From an uncultured Acidobacteriota bacterium (lineage in GTDB: Bacteria; Acidobacteriota; Terriglobia; UBA7540): a stretch of 64,000 nt of DNA. This document shows positions 10,057 to 19,933 of this stretch, in pieces. Below the pieces are notes generated by a model. It did not search any database and was not told the DNA's origin. It saw only the letters and a program-made list of their open reading frames with translations. Location: the NCBI GenBank assembly GCA_963804995.1, contig CAWDSK010000006.1, forward strand, positions 1,504,001-1,568,000, read 5' to 3'. Both the position numbers and the translations under genes were made by a program. How positions within the stretch are numbered: position 1 is the first letter of the stretch; the number at the start of each line of letters is the position of its first letter.

Positions 10057-11867
10057 TCTGCACCTCCGGTAGCCTGTGCGTCAAGTAAGTAATCGCCCAA
10101 ATTGGGAGACTGGGGCACGCGAGAGGCGGCAAGCGACTCATCGTTCTCATCCCACTCGAGCCGGCCGTCAGGGAGATGCCGAAACGCCGAGTCTGCCATC
10201 ACCTCGGGAAGTCGGTCGCTGGCCTGCTTGACCGCCGGGGCGATTTCTGTCAGAAGCGGCGCCATTCGTCGCTGGTTGGCAAGACGCGCCAGCGCTGAGT
10301 TCATGTCCGCCAGTTGCGACCGCATCTTTTCCACGTCGATGGGCCCATGCCGCTCCTGGAAGAGCGCCGTGAAATTCCCGTCATCCCAGTAATACGTTCC
10401 GTAGGTTTCGAGGAACGGGGCGAGGAGGCGGGGCGCTTCCTGGCCGTACTGGCTCACCACCGCGTGCTGTTCCGATTGGACCGGGTCGTAGGCACTGGCG
10501 TTCCAAAGATAATCGGCGACGGTCTGGAGCGGAATCAGGGAGGCGTGGGCTTCGCTCATGGGATTGGAAAACAGACCGCGCAGCGTGGAGGGCAAAGCGG
10601 CATCACGCCCGGTCATGGGGCCCAGGTAGCGGCACCAGCGCGTGGCGTCGTTCACCGGAAAATTATCCCAAACCAGCGGCGGTCGATGAATCAAGCTGCC
10701 CCACTCTCGCGCCTGCTGGGCCGTGATCGTTGGCGAAAACGTTTTCGGGCCGGTCCACACGATCGACACGCCGGGATCAACGCCCGCGCCCAGCTCCTGG
10801 ATGTAGTCGCGGCTGCCCCATTCGTTGGTGTAGGTCGTGGGCGTCAGCGCCAGGCGATTTTTCGGAGATTGCTCTTTCAAGTACTTGAAAAGTTTGTTGG
10901 TCAAAAAAATATGGGCCTGCGCCAACGTCTTGAACTGGGCCTTATCCTGCGGGTCCTGCATGTCCTGCGGCACGTCGTCAAGGAAAAGTGCGAAGCAGGA
11001 AACGCCTAGCTTACTGACGCTTGCCAGCTTATTGGTCAGCACGTGGAAATCCGGCTCGCTCAAGTAGGCCATGGTGAGGCTGGGACTGATGGCGAAGCAA
11101 AAATCCACAAAGTTGTGGTGGGCTGCATCCACCAGTTCGCCCAGGCGATGTAAGTCTTCGGGGGGGTAGTCTTGGCGCCAAAGCTTACGATGGTAGGGGT
11201 CGTCCTTGGGCGCATAGTAGTAAACATTCATGCTGTGCGCGCCTTCAAAACGCAGGACCTCGAGGCGGTCTTGCTGCGTCCAGGGCGTGCCGTAGAACCC
11301 TTCCACCACACCGCGCTCTGCAAAGGAAGGGAAATCCGCGATGACCACGGAGAGGCCGTTCCTCTCCACCCGCACAGTCTGCGGACGGGGGATGAGGGTA
11401 CTCGCAAGACTCAAGGGTCCGGCGGCCAGGACATCCGGGATGCGCAGCAAGGCGTTGTGGAACCCTTGTGCTGTTGCGGCAGTGATGCGGAAGCGGCTGG
11501 GCGCAGAGGCGCGGGGATAGGTGGCCTGAAGCAGATAACCCTCCCGCGCAAGTTCTGCGGTGGGCTCGACGGCGGTGGAACCAGCCTCGCGCTTTAAGGT
11601 GTCGAGGAAGGTCTCAATATTCTTCTCCTCGATCAGATCAATTGCGAGGCCGCCGGTGGGCGCGACAGCGTGTGGCCGGCTTGGTGTGCTGGGTCGGAAA
11701 ACGATCGCTGCCTGGTCCTGCACTGCCATTTGTTCGAGCTGGCGTTGGAGGCGAGGGTCGAGATCCCCTGGCGCGACCACCACCCAGGCATTCACCGCAG
11801 GACGAGCATCGACGACCGAAGTGATGAGAGCGAGAGCCGCCAGACTGAAAACTGCAAGGGTTCGCAT
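10053..11867 (-). CDS. GH84 beta-N-acetylglucosaminidase (O-GlcNAcase/NagJ-like), truncated by IS1595
   Basis: Signal peptide, 'RGVVEGFYGTPW', 'YYYAPKDDPYHR', catalytic 'FLDDV', 'WDNFPVND'; native sequence ends at ~10098 and the last residues are IS-derived. Confidence 0.9.
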   Translation of the reverse strand: MRTLAVFSLAALALITSVVDARPAVNAWVVVAPGDLDPRLQRQLEQMAVQDQAAIVFRPSTPSRPHAVAPTGGLAIDLIEEKNIETFLDTLKREAGSTAVEPTAELAREGYLLQATYPRASAPSRFRITAATAQGFHNALLRIPDVLAAGPLSLASTLIPRPQTVRVERNGLSVVIADFPSFAERGVVEGFYGTPWTQQDRLEVLRFEGAHSMNVYYYAPKDDPYHRKLWRQDYPPEDLHRLGELVDAAHHNFVDFCFAISPSLTMAYLSEPDFHVLTNKLASVSKLGVSCFALFLDDVPQDMQDPQDKAQFKTLAQAHIFLTNKLFKYLKEQSPKNRLALTPTTYTNEWGSRDYIQELGAGVDPGVSIVWTGPKTFSPTITAQQAREWGSLIHRPPLVWDNFPVNDATRWCRYLGPMTGRDAALPSTLRGLFSNPMSEAHASLIPLQTVADYLWNASAYDPVQSEQHAVVSQYGQEAPRLLAPFLETYGTYYWDDGNFTALFQERHGPIDVEKMRSQLADMNSALARLANQRRMAPLLTEIAPAVKQASDRLPEVMADSAFRHLPDGRLEWDENDESLAASRVPQSPNLGDYLLDAQATGGAE

Positions 11868-11988
11868 CGTGTCTCCGTGGGAACGACCTCCCCTCGTGGA
11901 ACGTGCCGAGTGTATCAGTAAGCCGAGAACCATTCAAAGGGTAGGGAGAAAACCGGGCAGCCGTGTGCCGCGGCAGGCCGTTACAGTT

Positions 11989-13188
11989 TCACCTGGCCCG
12001 CAGAGCCTTCTCGTCACGGGTCATTTTTTCAACTTCTTTTCTCTCCTCCAGCGTCCAGAACGCCGGGTCCTCCACTCCCAGGCGCCAGGCAGCGAATCCC
12101 CGCAGGTGATAGCTCCGTACAAGTTCGAGCTTTTCGCCGAGACTGCGGGCGTCGTCGAACCACGCCGTATGCCGGGTTTCGCCGTCGCTGACTTGGAACC
12201 AGGTGGTCCGTGCGTTCTCATCCCATTGCGGCTCGCTGCCGGGACTCTCAAGAAAACGCCTCAGGTCTTTGTATGTCAAGCTGTGAGACGTAATCCCTTG
12301 CGAGGTTTCCACCCAATCGCGGCCATAGAACGGCACACCCAGCAGGAGCTTCGCGGGGGGCACGCAGCGGATGGCGTAGTCGAGCGCTGCCTTCACCCAG
12401 TCGTAGCCGGCCACGGGGCCGGGCGGGGTCACCGAAGAGTGTTGATCGTAAGTCATCAGTGTAAGGAAATCAGCGGCGCGCCCCAAGGCTCGGTAATCAT
12501 ATCCCGAGCCCCACTCGCCGGTTTGAAATTCTCCCGGCGGATCGTCAGGAAAGGAGTCAGAGAAGCGCGGCACGACGGCGACGCTCAACAAGCGACGATC
12601 GCGATGGAGGCGCGCCGCCACACGCTCCACGAAATTCGCATAGGCGAGCTTGTCGGCCGGGTCGAGGTTCTCCAAATCAAGTTGCCAGCCGAGATACTGG
12701 TCGCGCTTGGCCAGATACGCCAGATACATCGCCGCGTGTTGCTGCGCCTTGCGATTGTGCAAAAGAGCGTGAGCCGTCGCCCGGTCAAAGCTGGGATTGG
12801 CAACCAGTGGCATGAGGGCCAGGCCGGTGCGCCCCCTGACCTTCAGAATCTCGGGCCGAATCTGGCCGTGCACGAAGCCCTCGTGATCGAGCCAAAAGCT
12901 CTGTGGAGCCAGCAAGGTTATGGCGCCGGCATGGGTTTCGAGCGATTCGCGCCCCCGCGAGTCGTTTGCGTAATAGAACATGGCGAGTGGGTGCTCACCC
13001 AGCACGTGCCAGCGCATCCGCTCCAGGGGCAGATCTGCTGCCGGCGCAGCTTTAGCGGGGTCAGGTTTGGAGGGACTCTTTTGCGCTGCGGTCGCGCTGG
13101 CGGCAGCCACCCAGAAAGCGAGCAGCGTCCACGCCACAACCCGCGCGAGTTGCCTATATGGACGTTTCAAGAAGATCGACGTTGCCAT
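11989..13188 (-). CDS. GH18 glycoside hydrolase (YaaH/YdhD-like)
   Basis: Signal peptide, 'GWQLDLE' with catalytic Glu, 'LMTYDQH', 'LLLGVPFYGRDW', 'AAWRLG.ED'. Confidence 0.85.
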   Translation of the reverse strand: MATSIFLKRPYRQLARVVAWTLLAFWVAAASATAAQKSPSKPDPAKAAPAADLPLERMRWHVLGEHPLAMFYYANDSRGRESLETHAGAITLLAPQSFWLDHEGFVHGQIRPEILKVRGRTGLALMPLVANPSFDRATAHALLHNRKAQQHAAMYLAYLAKRDQYLGWQLDLENLDPADKLAYANFVERVAARLHRDRRLLSVAVVPRFSDSFPDDPPGEFQTGEWGSGYDYRALGRAADFLTLMTYDQHSSVTPPGPVAGYDWVKAALDYAIRCVPPAKLLLGVPFYGRDWVETSQGITSHSLTYKDLRRFLESPGSEPQWDENARTTWFQVSDGETRHTAWFDDARSLGEKLELVRSYHLRGFAAWRLGVEDPAFWTLEERKEVEKMTRDEKALRAR

Positions 13189-14564
13189 GCCTTCCAAAGG
13201 AAATAAGCGGGGATGCCGCTGCCCACCATCACCAGTCCCCACATCGAATCCGCGCGTTGCTCCCGGAACGTATTCACCAGCAGAAAAGCCGACAGGATAA
13301 CAAAAAGCGCGGGAACCACGGGATACCCCCAGGTGCGATAGGGGCGTGGCAGGTCAGGCCGGCGGCGGCGCAGGATGAAAATTCCAGTGGTCACGAGCGC
13401 GTAAAAAAGGAATTCCGCGAAAATTACCTTGGTGTAAAGCGATTGATACTGCCCGGTCAAAGCGAACAGTCCGGCAATGACAGCTTGCCACTTGAGCGCA
13501 ACGGCGGGGGTGTGAAAACGCGGATGCACAGCGGCGAGCGCCTGGGGGAACAAGCCTTCGCGCGCCGTGGCGTAAGGAATGCGTGAGCCCGCCAGAATCG
13601 ATCCATTGAGGGTGGCGAAGGTTGAAACCAGCACCCCGACAGCAATGAAAGCCCCGCCAGCGTTGCCCAGAAAGCGGCGCGCGGCGTCGGAGGCCACGGT
13701 GCTTGTCCCCAGAATCTGGGAGGTGGGAAGCACGTAAAAATACGTGAGGTTGACCAATACATAGACCCCCAGCACCAGGAGCGACCCGCCGATCAGAGCG
13801 ATGGGCAGATTGCGCTGCGGGTTTTCAACTTCCCCAGCCACCATGCTGACATTGTTCCAGCCGTCATAAGCCCAGAGCGCTGAAACCGTAGCGACCCCGA
13901 AAGCCGCGAGCAGACCGCCATGACCCGCGGTCGCCATGATGGGCCGGAAATTTTCCCAGGAGCCGTGACCGAGCGCGAGACCGAGGATGATCAGAATCGC
14001 CAGGACCAGCAGTTTCGAGACGGTGAAAACCGTCTGCACAGCGCCGCTACGGCGTACGCCCAGAATATTGAGGCCGGAGAGCAACAGCACCATCAGCGTC
14101 GCGGTAAGCTGCATGCCGGTGATGCGCAGCGAGAGGAGATGGCCGCCGATGCCGAGCGCGCCTTCCCACAGGGTCGCCCGCAGGCTCGGGAAAAAGTAGG
14201 TGAGGTAAAGGGCCCAGCCGGTGGCGATAGCAGCAATCGAGGCTGTCTTGGCGACGATGGATTGTGTCCAGCCGTAAAGAAAACTCGCGAGCGGCCCATA
14301 AGCGCGGTTGAGGTAGACGAACTCGCCCCCCGCTTCCGGTATCGACGCGCCGAGCTCAGCGTAACCCAGCGCCCCGAACAGGCTCAGGACCCCGGCCGCC
14401 ACCCACACCAGCAGGACCAGGGCCGGCGTGCCCATCTGCTGCAACATGATGCTGGGAACCACGAAAATCGCAGTTCCAATCATGGTGCCGGCCACGACAG
14501 ACGTGGCGCCAAAAACCCCCAGGCCCTTCACTAACCCCGGCTTTTCTTGGTTCGGCATGGCCAT
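13167..14564 (-). CDS. APC family amino-acid permease
   Basis: 'GTMIGTAIF', 'YAELGASIPEAGG', 'WAYDGW', 'GEVENPQRNLP', 'RPYRTWGYP'. Confidence 0.9.
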   Translation of the reverse strand: MAMPNQEKPGLVKGLGVFGATSVVAGTMIGTAIFVVPSIMLQQMGTPALVLLVWVAAGVLSLFGALGYAELGASIPEAGGEFVYLNRAYGPLASFLYGWTQSIVAKTASIAAIATGWALYLTYFFPSLRATLWEGALGIGGHLLSLRITGMQLTATLMVLLLSGLNILGVRRSGAVQTVFTVSKLLVLAILIILGLALGHGSWENFRPIMATAGHGGLLAAFGVATVSALWAYDGWNNVSMVAGEVENPQRNLPIALIGGSLLVLGVYVLVNLTYFYVLPTSQILGTSTVASDAARRFLGNAGGAFIAVGVLVSTFATLNGSILAGSRIPYATAREGLFPQALAAVHPRFHTPAVALKWQAVIAGLFALTGQYQSLYTKVIFAEFLFYALVTTGIFILRRRRPDLPRPYRTWGYPVVPALFVILSAFLLVNTFREQRADSMWGLVMVGSGIPAYFLWKAWQRRSS

Positions 14565-14585
14565 TGCTTCTGAATTTACCACTTA

Positions 14586-16058
14586 CTATCCACTCTTGAC
14601 GATATCCTTGTCTCTAATACCTGTGCGTGGCCCCAATAGACTTATCAACAGCCCGACCCCGAACGTCACCATGGTCCCGATGGCGACATACCAGGTCCAG
14701 GCGATGCTGGTGCAGCGAATAACATAGCCCAGCGTGGCGAGGGCGCACAACGCTCCCACCAGAGCCCCGCGGCTGGTGGCGCGGCGGGTCAGCACTCCCA
14801 GCAGGAAAATTCCCAGCATGCTGCCATAGGGGACGCTGGCGATGGTGAGGGCAGACTCCAGGGCGCTGCGTCGCAGGTACTGTGCCGCAAGCGCTACGGT
14901 GATGATCACCACGCCCCACAGAAATGTCATCAGGCGCGAGACCCGCAGGTAGTGCCGGTCGTCGGCGCCGGGATGCAGGTAGGGTTTATAGAAATCCATC
15001 ACCGAACTCGACGCCAGGGAGTTCAGCGCAGCACTTAAATTGGCCATGCCGGCGGCAAGGATCGCGGCGGTCAGTAAGCCCGCGAGTCCTATGGGAAGCC
15101 GGGTGACGACGAAGGTGGGGTAGATCTGGTCCGGCCGGGCAAAGGGCGTGGTGGGCGGAAAGCGCTGGTAGAAGGCGTAGAGCACCACCCCCACAATCAG
15201 GAAAAGGCTGAATTGCAGGAGCACTACGACGCCGCTCGCCAGCAGCGCGCCCTGGCTTTGGCGGCGGCTGCGCGCGGCAAGCAACTGCTGCACAATCAAC
15301 TGATCGGTCCCGTGGCTCGCGGTATTCAGGAACATGCCGCCCACCAGGCCCGTCCAGAAAAGGTAGGGCTGGGTCCAATCGAAGTGGAAGTTGAAAATCG
15401 TGAATTTGCCGCCCGCCGCCGCGGCGACGCGCACCACCTCGCCCCAACCGCCGGGAAGGCCGTGCAGAGCCACGAAGAGCGCCACCACCGTTCCTGCCAG
15501 ATAAATACTTAATTGGATGACATCTGTCCAGATAACGGCGGTCAGTCCACCCTCGACGGTGTAAAGCAGGGTGAGGACGCTGATGATGACAAGCGAAGCC
15601 GCGATCCCGGTTTTGAAAATGATGGCGATGACGATGGAGATGGCGAAGACACGCACCCCCTCCGCCAACGCGCGCATCAGCAGAAACAGGCTGGCGGTGA
15701 AGACGCGCAGGCCGTGCCCGAAGCGGCGCTCAATGAGCTGATAGGCGGTGTAAAGCTCTCCCGCGAAATACCTGGGGATGAGGAGGAAGCTCACCACCAC
15801 ACGCGCTACCAGATACCCAAAGACCAGTTGCAGAAATCCCAGGTTCGAGCCGTAGGCGATGCCGGGGGTGCTGATGATGGTGAGGATGCTGGTTTCAGCG
15901 CAGACAATCGAAAAAGTAATCGCCCACCAGGGCAGCCGGTTGCCGCCCAGAAAGTAATCGCGCAGGGTGTGCTGGCCTTTGCGAAAACGCGCCCCGAAGG
16001 CAGTGATGGCGAGGAGGTAGGCAATGACAATCGCGAGATCAATCCAACTGAAGGCCAC
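14586..16058 (-). CDS. Sodium:solute symporter (SSS) family protein
   Basis: 'DYFLGGNRLPWW', 'GGLTAVIWTDVIQ', 'HGTDQLIVQ'; GTG start after GAGGAG. Confidence 0.9.
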   Translation of the reverse strand: MAFSWIDLAIVIAYLLAITAFGARFRKGQHTLRDYFLGGNRLPWWAITFSIVCAETSILTIISTPGIAYGSNLGFLQLVFGYLVARVVVSFLLIPRYFAGELYTAYQLIERRFGHGLRVFTASLFLLMRALAEGVRVFAISIVIAIIFKTGIAASLVIISVLTLLYTVEGGLTAVIWTDVIQLSIYLAGTVVALFVALHGLPGGWGEVVRVAAAAGGKFTIFNFHFDWTQPYLFWTGLVGGMFLNTASHGTDQLIVQQLLAARSRRQSQGALLASGVVVLLQFSLFLIVGVVLYAFYQRFPPTTPFARPDQIYPTFVVTRLPIGLAGLLTAAILAAGMANLSAALNSLASSSVMDFYKPYLHPGADDRHYLRVSRLMTFLWGVVIITVALAAQYLRRSALESALTIASVPYGSMLGIFLLGVLTRRATSRGALVGALCALATLGYVIRCTSIAWTWYVAIGTMVTFGVGLLISLLGPRTGIRDKDIVKSG

Positions 16059-16226
16059 TCCCGCTCCTCGAGGTACGTTGCTGCCGGCATGCCGCTGGCT
16101 CTCGCCGCGGCTTTGAGCAAGCATACCGCATTTCCTTAAAATCGCGACCGGGGAATCAGCGGCAGCTTAGTTTGAATGCTGTTCACGCAAGCTTTGTCAG
16201 GGAGATTCTTCCCCCTCGACAAGAGG

Positions 16227-16363
16227 ACCCCCTCACCCGCCTGCGGGCCGGAGCCGAAGTGGGTTACGTATCCGAGGTGCCCCTTCGGTGGGCGTAGGCC
16301 CGTCCCGCCCCGGCTGGTGAAAGCGCCGGCGGCGGTCCACCCTCTCCCCCACGGGGGCGAGGG
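16227..16363 (+). repeat. REP-like repeat with a nested ~60-bp hairpin insertion
   Basis: Matches 7032-7105 except for an extra GCCTGCG...CGTAGGC hairpin at 16239-16299. Confidence 0.75.
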
Positions 16364-16454
16364 CTATAAGTCTTCAGTGCTGGAATCACGCCGCCGATGA
16401 AGAGCGGGAGGGTCGCCGTGGAGCGCCGCGCCAAAGCTTCATTCCAGATAACAG

Positions 16455-17714
16455 CTACTGTGTGGGCGCGGGGCGCGCGGGCCAGCGGCTATTCACCGGC
16501 GGCGGCCCGCTCGGGCGCACCTGCGTGAGCATCTTTTGGATGGCGTGCCCGAGGTCGGTGGCAGATTGGATCTGGTAGACGGAGCCGTTCAAGTGCCTGG
16601 TCAGGCTATGAAACGTATCCGGATAGGGATAGTGCCGTAAATCGCCGGGGAGGTATTCGAAGTAGCAGAAGCGGGGATTGGGAGTCTCCCGCACCTTGAG
16701 CATCTCGCGCGGAACCGGCTGATTATAGCGCGAGTACGGCCCCAGAATGACGACGGCGTCCGCGGGGTTCGGCGCCACCAGTTCCTGGTTGGCAAAATCC
16801 ACCAGCATATCGAGCCAGCCCCGCCATTGTTGCAATACCTGGTAAGAAACCGTTCCCAGCTCCAGGGTCCGGAGAGCGTCGGCCAGCTTTTTGAAATCCC
16901 CATCCTCAAACTGGTCTTGGCGAAACACTTCGCGCTGCTGGTCGAGATTGAGGGCCACGACGCGCACCGAGGCACAAGGAATCTGGTCAAGCAGCGTGGA
17001 AAGCGAGCCAAGCAGAAAGATGCGATCCCACACCCGCAACTTCTGTTCGCGGGAATTGGTAGGCGCGGCGTTGAGCAGGATGGTGAGCCGCAAACCTTTC
17101 CCGCTGGTATCCAGTTTGAACGGTCGCGGGCGAACTCCCAGCGGCAGGACCGTGTGGGCCGGAACGGGCGCTTCCATACCCCGTTGCCCGTGACCCAAAG
17201 CGGTATGGACACTCCAGGCTTTTCGAGAGGTCCGCCGCGATTCCTGATCGATCACCAGGACTTCAACATTGTACTGTCCTTCTCCAACGGCAAATCCTCC
17301 GCTCACCTCAGTCTGCTGTTTCAGCTTCGCGGTGTTTTTAGTATCCTGCATCTCCGGCGGCAGGGCGGGTAGCGAGAAAGTTTCGCCTAAGAGTATCGGC
17401 TCTCGACCTTCCGGGGTGACTCGCGTGAAGGCCAACATCATGCTCTCGTGTCCTCCAAAACTGCCCAGAGGACAACTGACGATGTAACCCACATCAAAAC
17501 GGAAGGCAAAATCCAGGAAGGGTTTTTGCGGCTGGATTTGACAATTCAGGAGGTCCACGGTGTGATCACCGTCGAAAAGGCGCGACACCTTCTCGCGGTC
17601 GGCGGCGTTTACAGGCCCTTGCCCTCTGCCCGGCGGCGTGACCACAACCCAGACCAGCAGGCTTACGATCAGGAGACGGCCTTTCGGAGGTAAGCGATCC
17701 CTACCAGCGCCCAT
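16455..17714 (-). CDS. Hypothetical exported protein
   Basis: Long coding-like ORF with a hydrophobic N-terminal segment; start uncertain. Confidence 0.7.
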   Translation of the reverse strand: MGAGRDRLPPKGRLLIVSLLVWVVVTPPGRGQGPVNAADREKVSRLFDGDHTVDLLNCQIQPQKPFLDFAFRFDVGYIVSCPLGSFGGHESMMLAFTRVTPEGREPILLGETFSLPALPPEMQDTKNTAKLKQQTEVSGGFAVGEGQYNVEVLVIDQESRRTSRKAWSVHTALGHGQRGMEAPVPAHTVLPLGVRPRPFKLDTSGKGLRLTILLNAAPTNSREQKLRVWDRIFLLGSLSTLLDQIPCASVRVVALNLDQQREVFRQDQFEDGDFKKLADALRTLELGTVSYQVLQQWRGWLDMLVDFANQELVAPNPADAVVILGPYSRYNQPVPREMLKVRETPNPRFCYFEYLPGDLRHYPYPDTFHSLTRHLNGSVYQIQSATDLGHAIQKMLTQVRPSGPPPVNSRWPARPAPTQ

Positions 17715-17876
17715 GCAGTTGATCCCAACCTCCTTCAGCGCTCTGACCGCCATATTAAGGGAGATGGCCCACTCCTGCAATACCGGGAAGAATTGATAAG
17801 CACTAGCTCCGGCCCCCCGAAATTTTCGATTTGCGATTTTGGACTGGAGAGGCGGGCGAAGGTGAAGGGTTGCATT

Positions 17877-18274
17877 CGGAGCGACTAATTTCAGAGTGGG
17901 CAGGGCTCCCGGCGAAGGTGGAGGCCCTACTTCCCTCAGTTCATCCCCCGCAACAATAAAGCTTGACACTAAGCGTTACTGATTGGTATAATCCGGCTGC
18001 GCCGACTGTCGGAAGGACTTGGCGTGGAGCCACCGTAGGGAGGTCCCGCGGCGAAGCGTAAATATGAGACCGAAAACGCACCGTCTGAGCTGTTCATTCT
18101 TAGTCGACAATGTGTCGCTGGATGCCCAAAATGCCCAAAGCTGAGAACATGTTGAAAACAAAGCGCGTCAACTCGCGATTTCTGTTTGCCAAAGCTGAGA
18201 GGTTATTGAAAAAAAATACGGTTAGCAGCATTATGATAAATGGTAGAACAGGATGACAATGTGTCAGTGTCCAG
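17877..18274 (+). repeat. ~400-bp non-coding promoter-bearing element, copy 1
   Basis: Inverted copy at 28969-29352; about 15 differences over the ~305-bp core by manual alignment. Confidence 0.9.
17963..17992 (+). promoter_or_regulatory. Consensus sigma70 promoter with extended -10
   Basis: TTGACA-18 bp-TATAAT with TG-n before the -10; identical in both copies. Confidence 0.8.
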
Positions 18275-18487
18275 GAAATGGCTGGACAAATGTGTTGGCC
18301 GTAGCGCCAGCATCCTGCCGGCAAATGCCCCGACGGATCGGGGCGCTACGATATCCAGTTAATTACCTGACACTACACTAGGTTCTATCGAAGCGAGACT
18401 ACAGCCGCGCCTTGACTTCGGGCAACAGAGAAGCATAAGATTCGCCGGAGTAGGTCTCATTCCTCATTGGCCAAAGGATATTTTGCC

Positions 18488-19669
18488 ATGATGTTCGCTA
18501 AATTTTCCTTCTTGAAAACTTGTTGTGTAGCCCAGCTTGCTCTGTGCGCAGTGGTTGGGTGTGCCATGGCGTTCGGAGCACCACAAGCGGACGTTACTGT
18601 TGCACCCGACGAAATTCCGCAGGTTCAGCAAATCAGTCCCAATCAGGCCGCTCCGGGCGCCCAGGTGATGGTGGCCATTCAGGGGAGCAAGTTCGCCGTG
18701 GGGGTGTATGTCGCATCGGTTTCGCCCGCCATTCACGTCGATTCCTCCAAGCGGATCAGCGCCACCGAGATTGTGGCCCAACTGAGCATCAGTGCGACCG
18801 CCCAACCGATGACGGCGAGCCTGCTGGTCAGCAATCCCGCCAGCCGCGCAGCAGAGGCGGCATTCATGATCGTGGCCGGAGCGGCTCCCTCCGCTCCCCC
18901 GGCGCCTCCCGCCCCGCCGGCGGAAATCAAGCCTTCACGGCCTGCCACACCCGCAACTCCTCCCGCACCGGTCGCACCCGTCGCACCTGCTCTTCCCGCG
19001 GCGCCTGCCACACCTCCCGGACCGGAAGTGACCACGATCGAACCCGCGCGCGTGGCGCCAGGCTTTGAGATTGATTTGAAGGTCACCGGCAACAACTTTG
19101 TGAAGGGCGTAAAGGTGAGCTTCGCAAATCCGGGCATCCTGGTCAAAGGGGTCACCTTCAATTCAGCTTCGCAGCTTACGGTGTTCATTAAGGTGGAGCG
19201 TGACGCGGCGCGGGGCGCTACCAGTATGTATGTAATCAACGGGGGCGATCAGGAAGTGGAGGCTCCCTTCGAGGTGACGGGCAAGGTTTCAGCGCCCGTC
19301 GCCCCGGCTGCCCCGACGACGCCTGCGACACCGCCACAACCCGGTGCCCCTCCGGCTCCGGGGGCAACTCCAGTGCAGAGTTATCCTGCTTTCCATTTGG
19401 GAAACCCCACCGAGGTCTTTGAAACTCACGGCAAGGTAAAGGGCGCGTTGGTGGTTACAGCCGATACCCTGCAGTACCAAGAGGGAGGGAAAATCCTCAT
19501 TAACATTATGTTGAAGGATATCAAAGAGATTAAGGTTTCCACCATCGCCAACGCCACCTTCCACATCACAACGAATTACGGAAAGACTTTCCATTTTGCG
19601 CCAACCTCTTTGCGCCCTGCTGACGCTCGAAACATTGCGGATGGGCTGCGCAAGGCGCTGCCGCAATAA
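18488..19669 (+). CDS. Exported protein with two IPT/TIG-like domains and Pro/Ala-rich linkers
   Basis: Signal peptide; two Ig-like repeats ('ISPNQAAPG...IQGSKF', 'IEPARVAPG...VTGNNF'). Confidence 0.75.
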   Translation: MMFAKFSFLKTCCVAQLALCAVVGCAMAFGAPQADVTVAPDEIPQVQQISPNQAAPGAQVMVAIQGSKFAVGVYVASVSPAIHVDSSKRISATEIVAQLSISATAQPMTASLLVSNPASRAAEAAFMIVAGAAPSAPPAPPAPPAEIKPSRPATPATPPAPVAPVAPALPAAPATPPGPEVTTIEPARVAPGFEIDLKVTGNNFVKGVKVSFANPGILVKGVTFNSASQLTVFIKVERDAARGATSMYVINGGDQEVEAPFEVTGKVSAPVAPAAPTTPATPPQPGAPPAPGATPVQSYPAFHLGNPTEVFETHGKVKGALVVTADTLQYQEGGKILINIMLKDIKEIKVSTIANATFHITTNYGKTFHFAPTSLRPADARNIADGLRKALPQ

Positions 19670-19933
19670 GGGATGGGTTGTGGGGGCTTCAGGAAACGCC
19701 CTCGCTGAAATGTCAATGAAATTTGACTCAGGCGGTTCCCTGCTCGATCAGACCGTCATCCAGGACAACAACATGTACGGCAATGGTACGGTCGGGCACG
19801 GCACGGCGTGGAACTCCGCCGCCGATGCGTTGGTGAAATCCAATCCCAGCCGCTTCGAAATTGTGGACACCCCCAATTTCTGGAGGGGCGTGGATTACTG
19901 AACCCGGGCCGAGGGCCTAGAATTCAGGTGCCT

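Larger units (their letters stand above)
7905..10097 (+). mobile_element. IS1595-family element with passenger genes (2193 bp)
   Basis: 26-bp terminal IRs (GGCAATTATTTACTTGACACACAAGC vs GGCGATTACTTACTTGACGCACAGGC, 22/26 match); 8-bp TSD CAAATTGG at 7897-7904 and 10098-10105. Confidence 0.95.

Noticed and set aside
11560..13206. 548-aa plus-strand ORF
   Set aside because: Antisense shadow of GH18/GH84 with no motifs
17976..18324. Short ORFs within the duplicated element (17976-18161, 18100-18324, 28790-29137, 29076-29444)
   Set aside because: Antisense to the element's promoter, with ends that differ between copies
19670..19901. Possible gene fragment '...DNNMYGNGTVGHGTAWN...'
   Set aside because: No credible start or recognisable family
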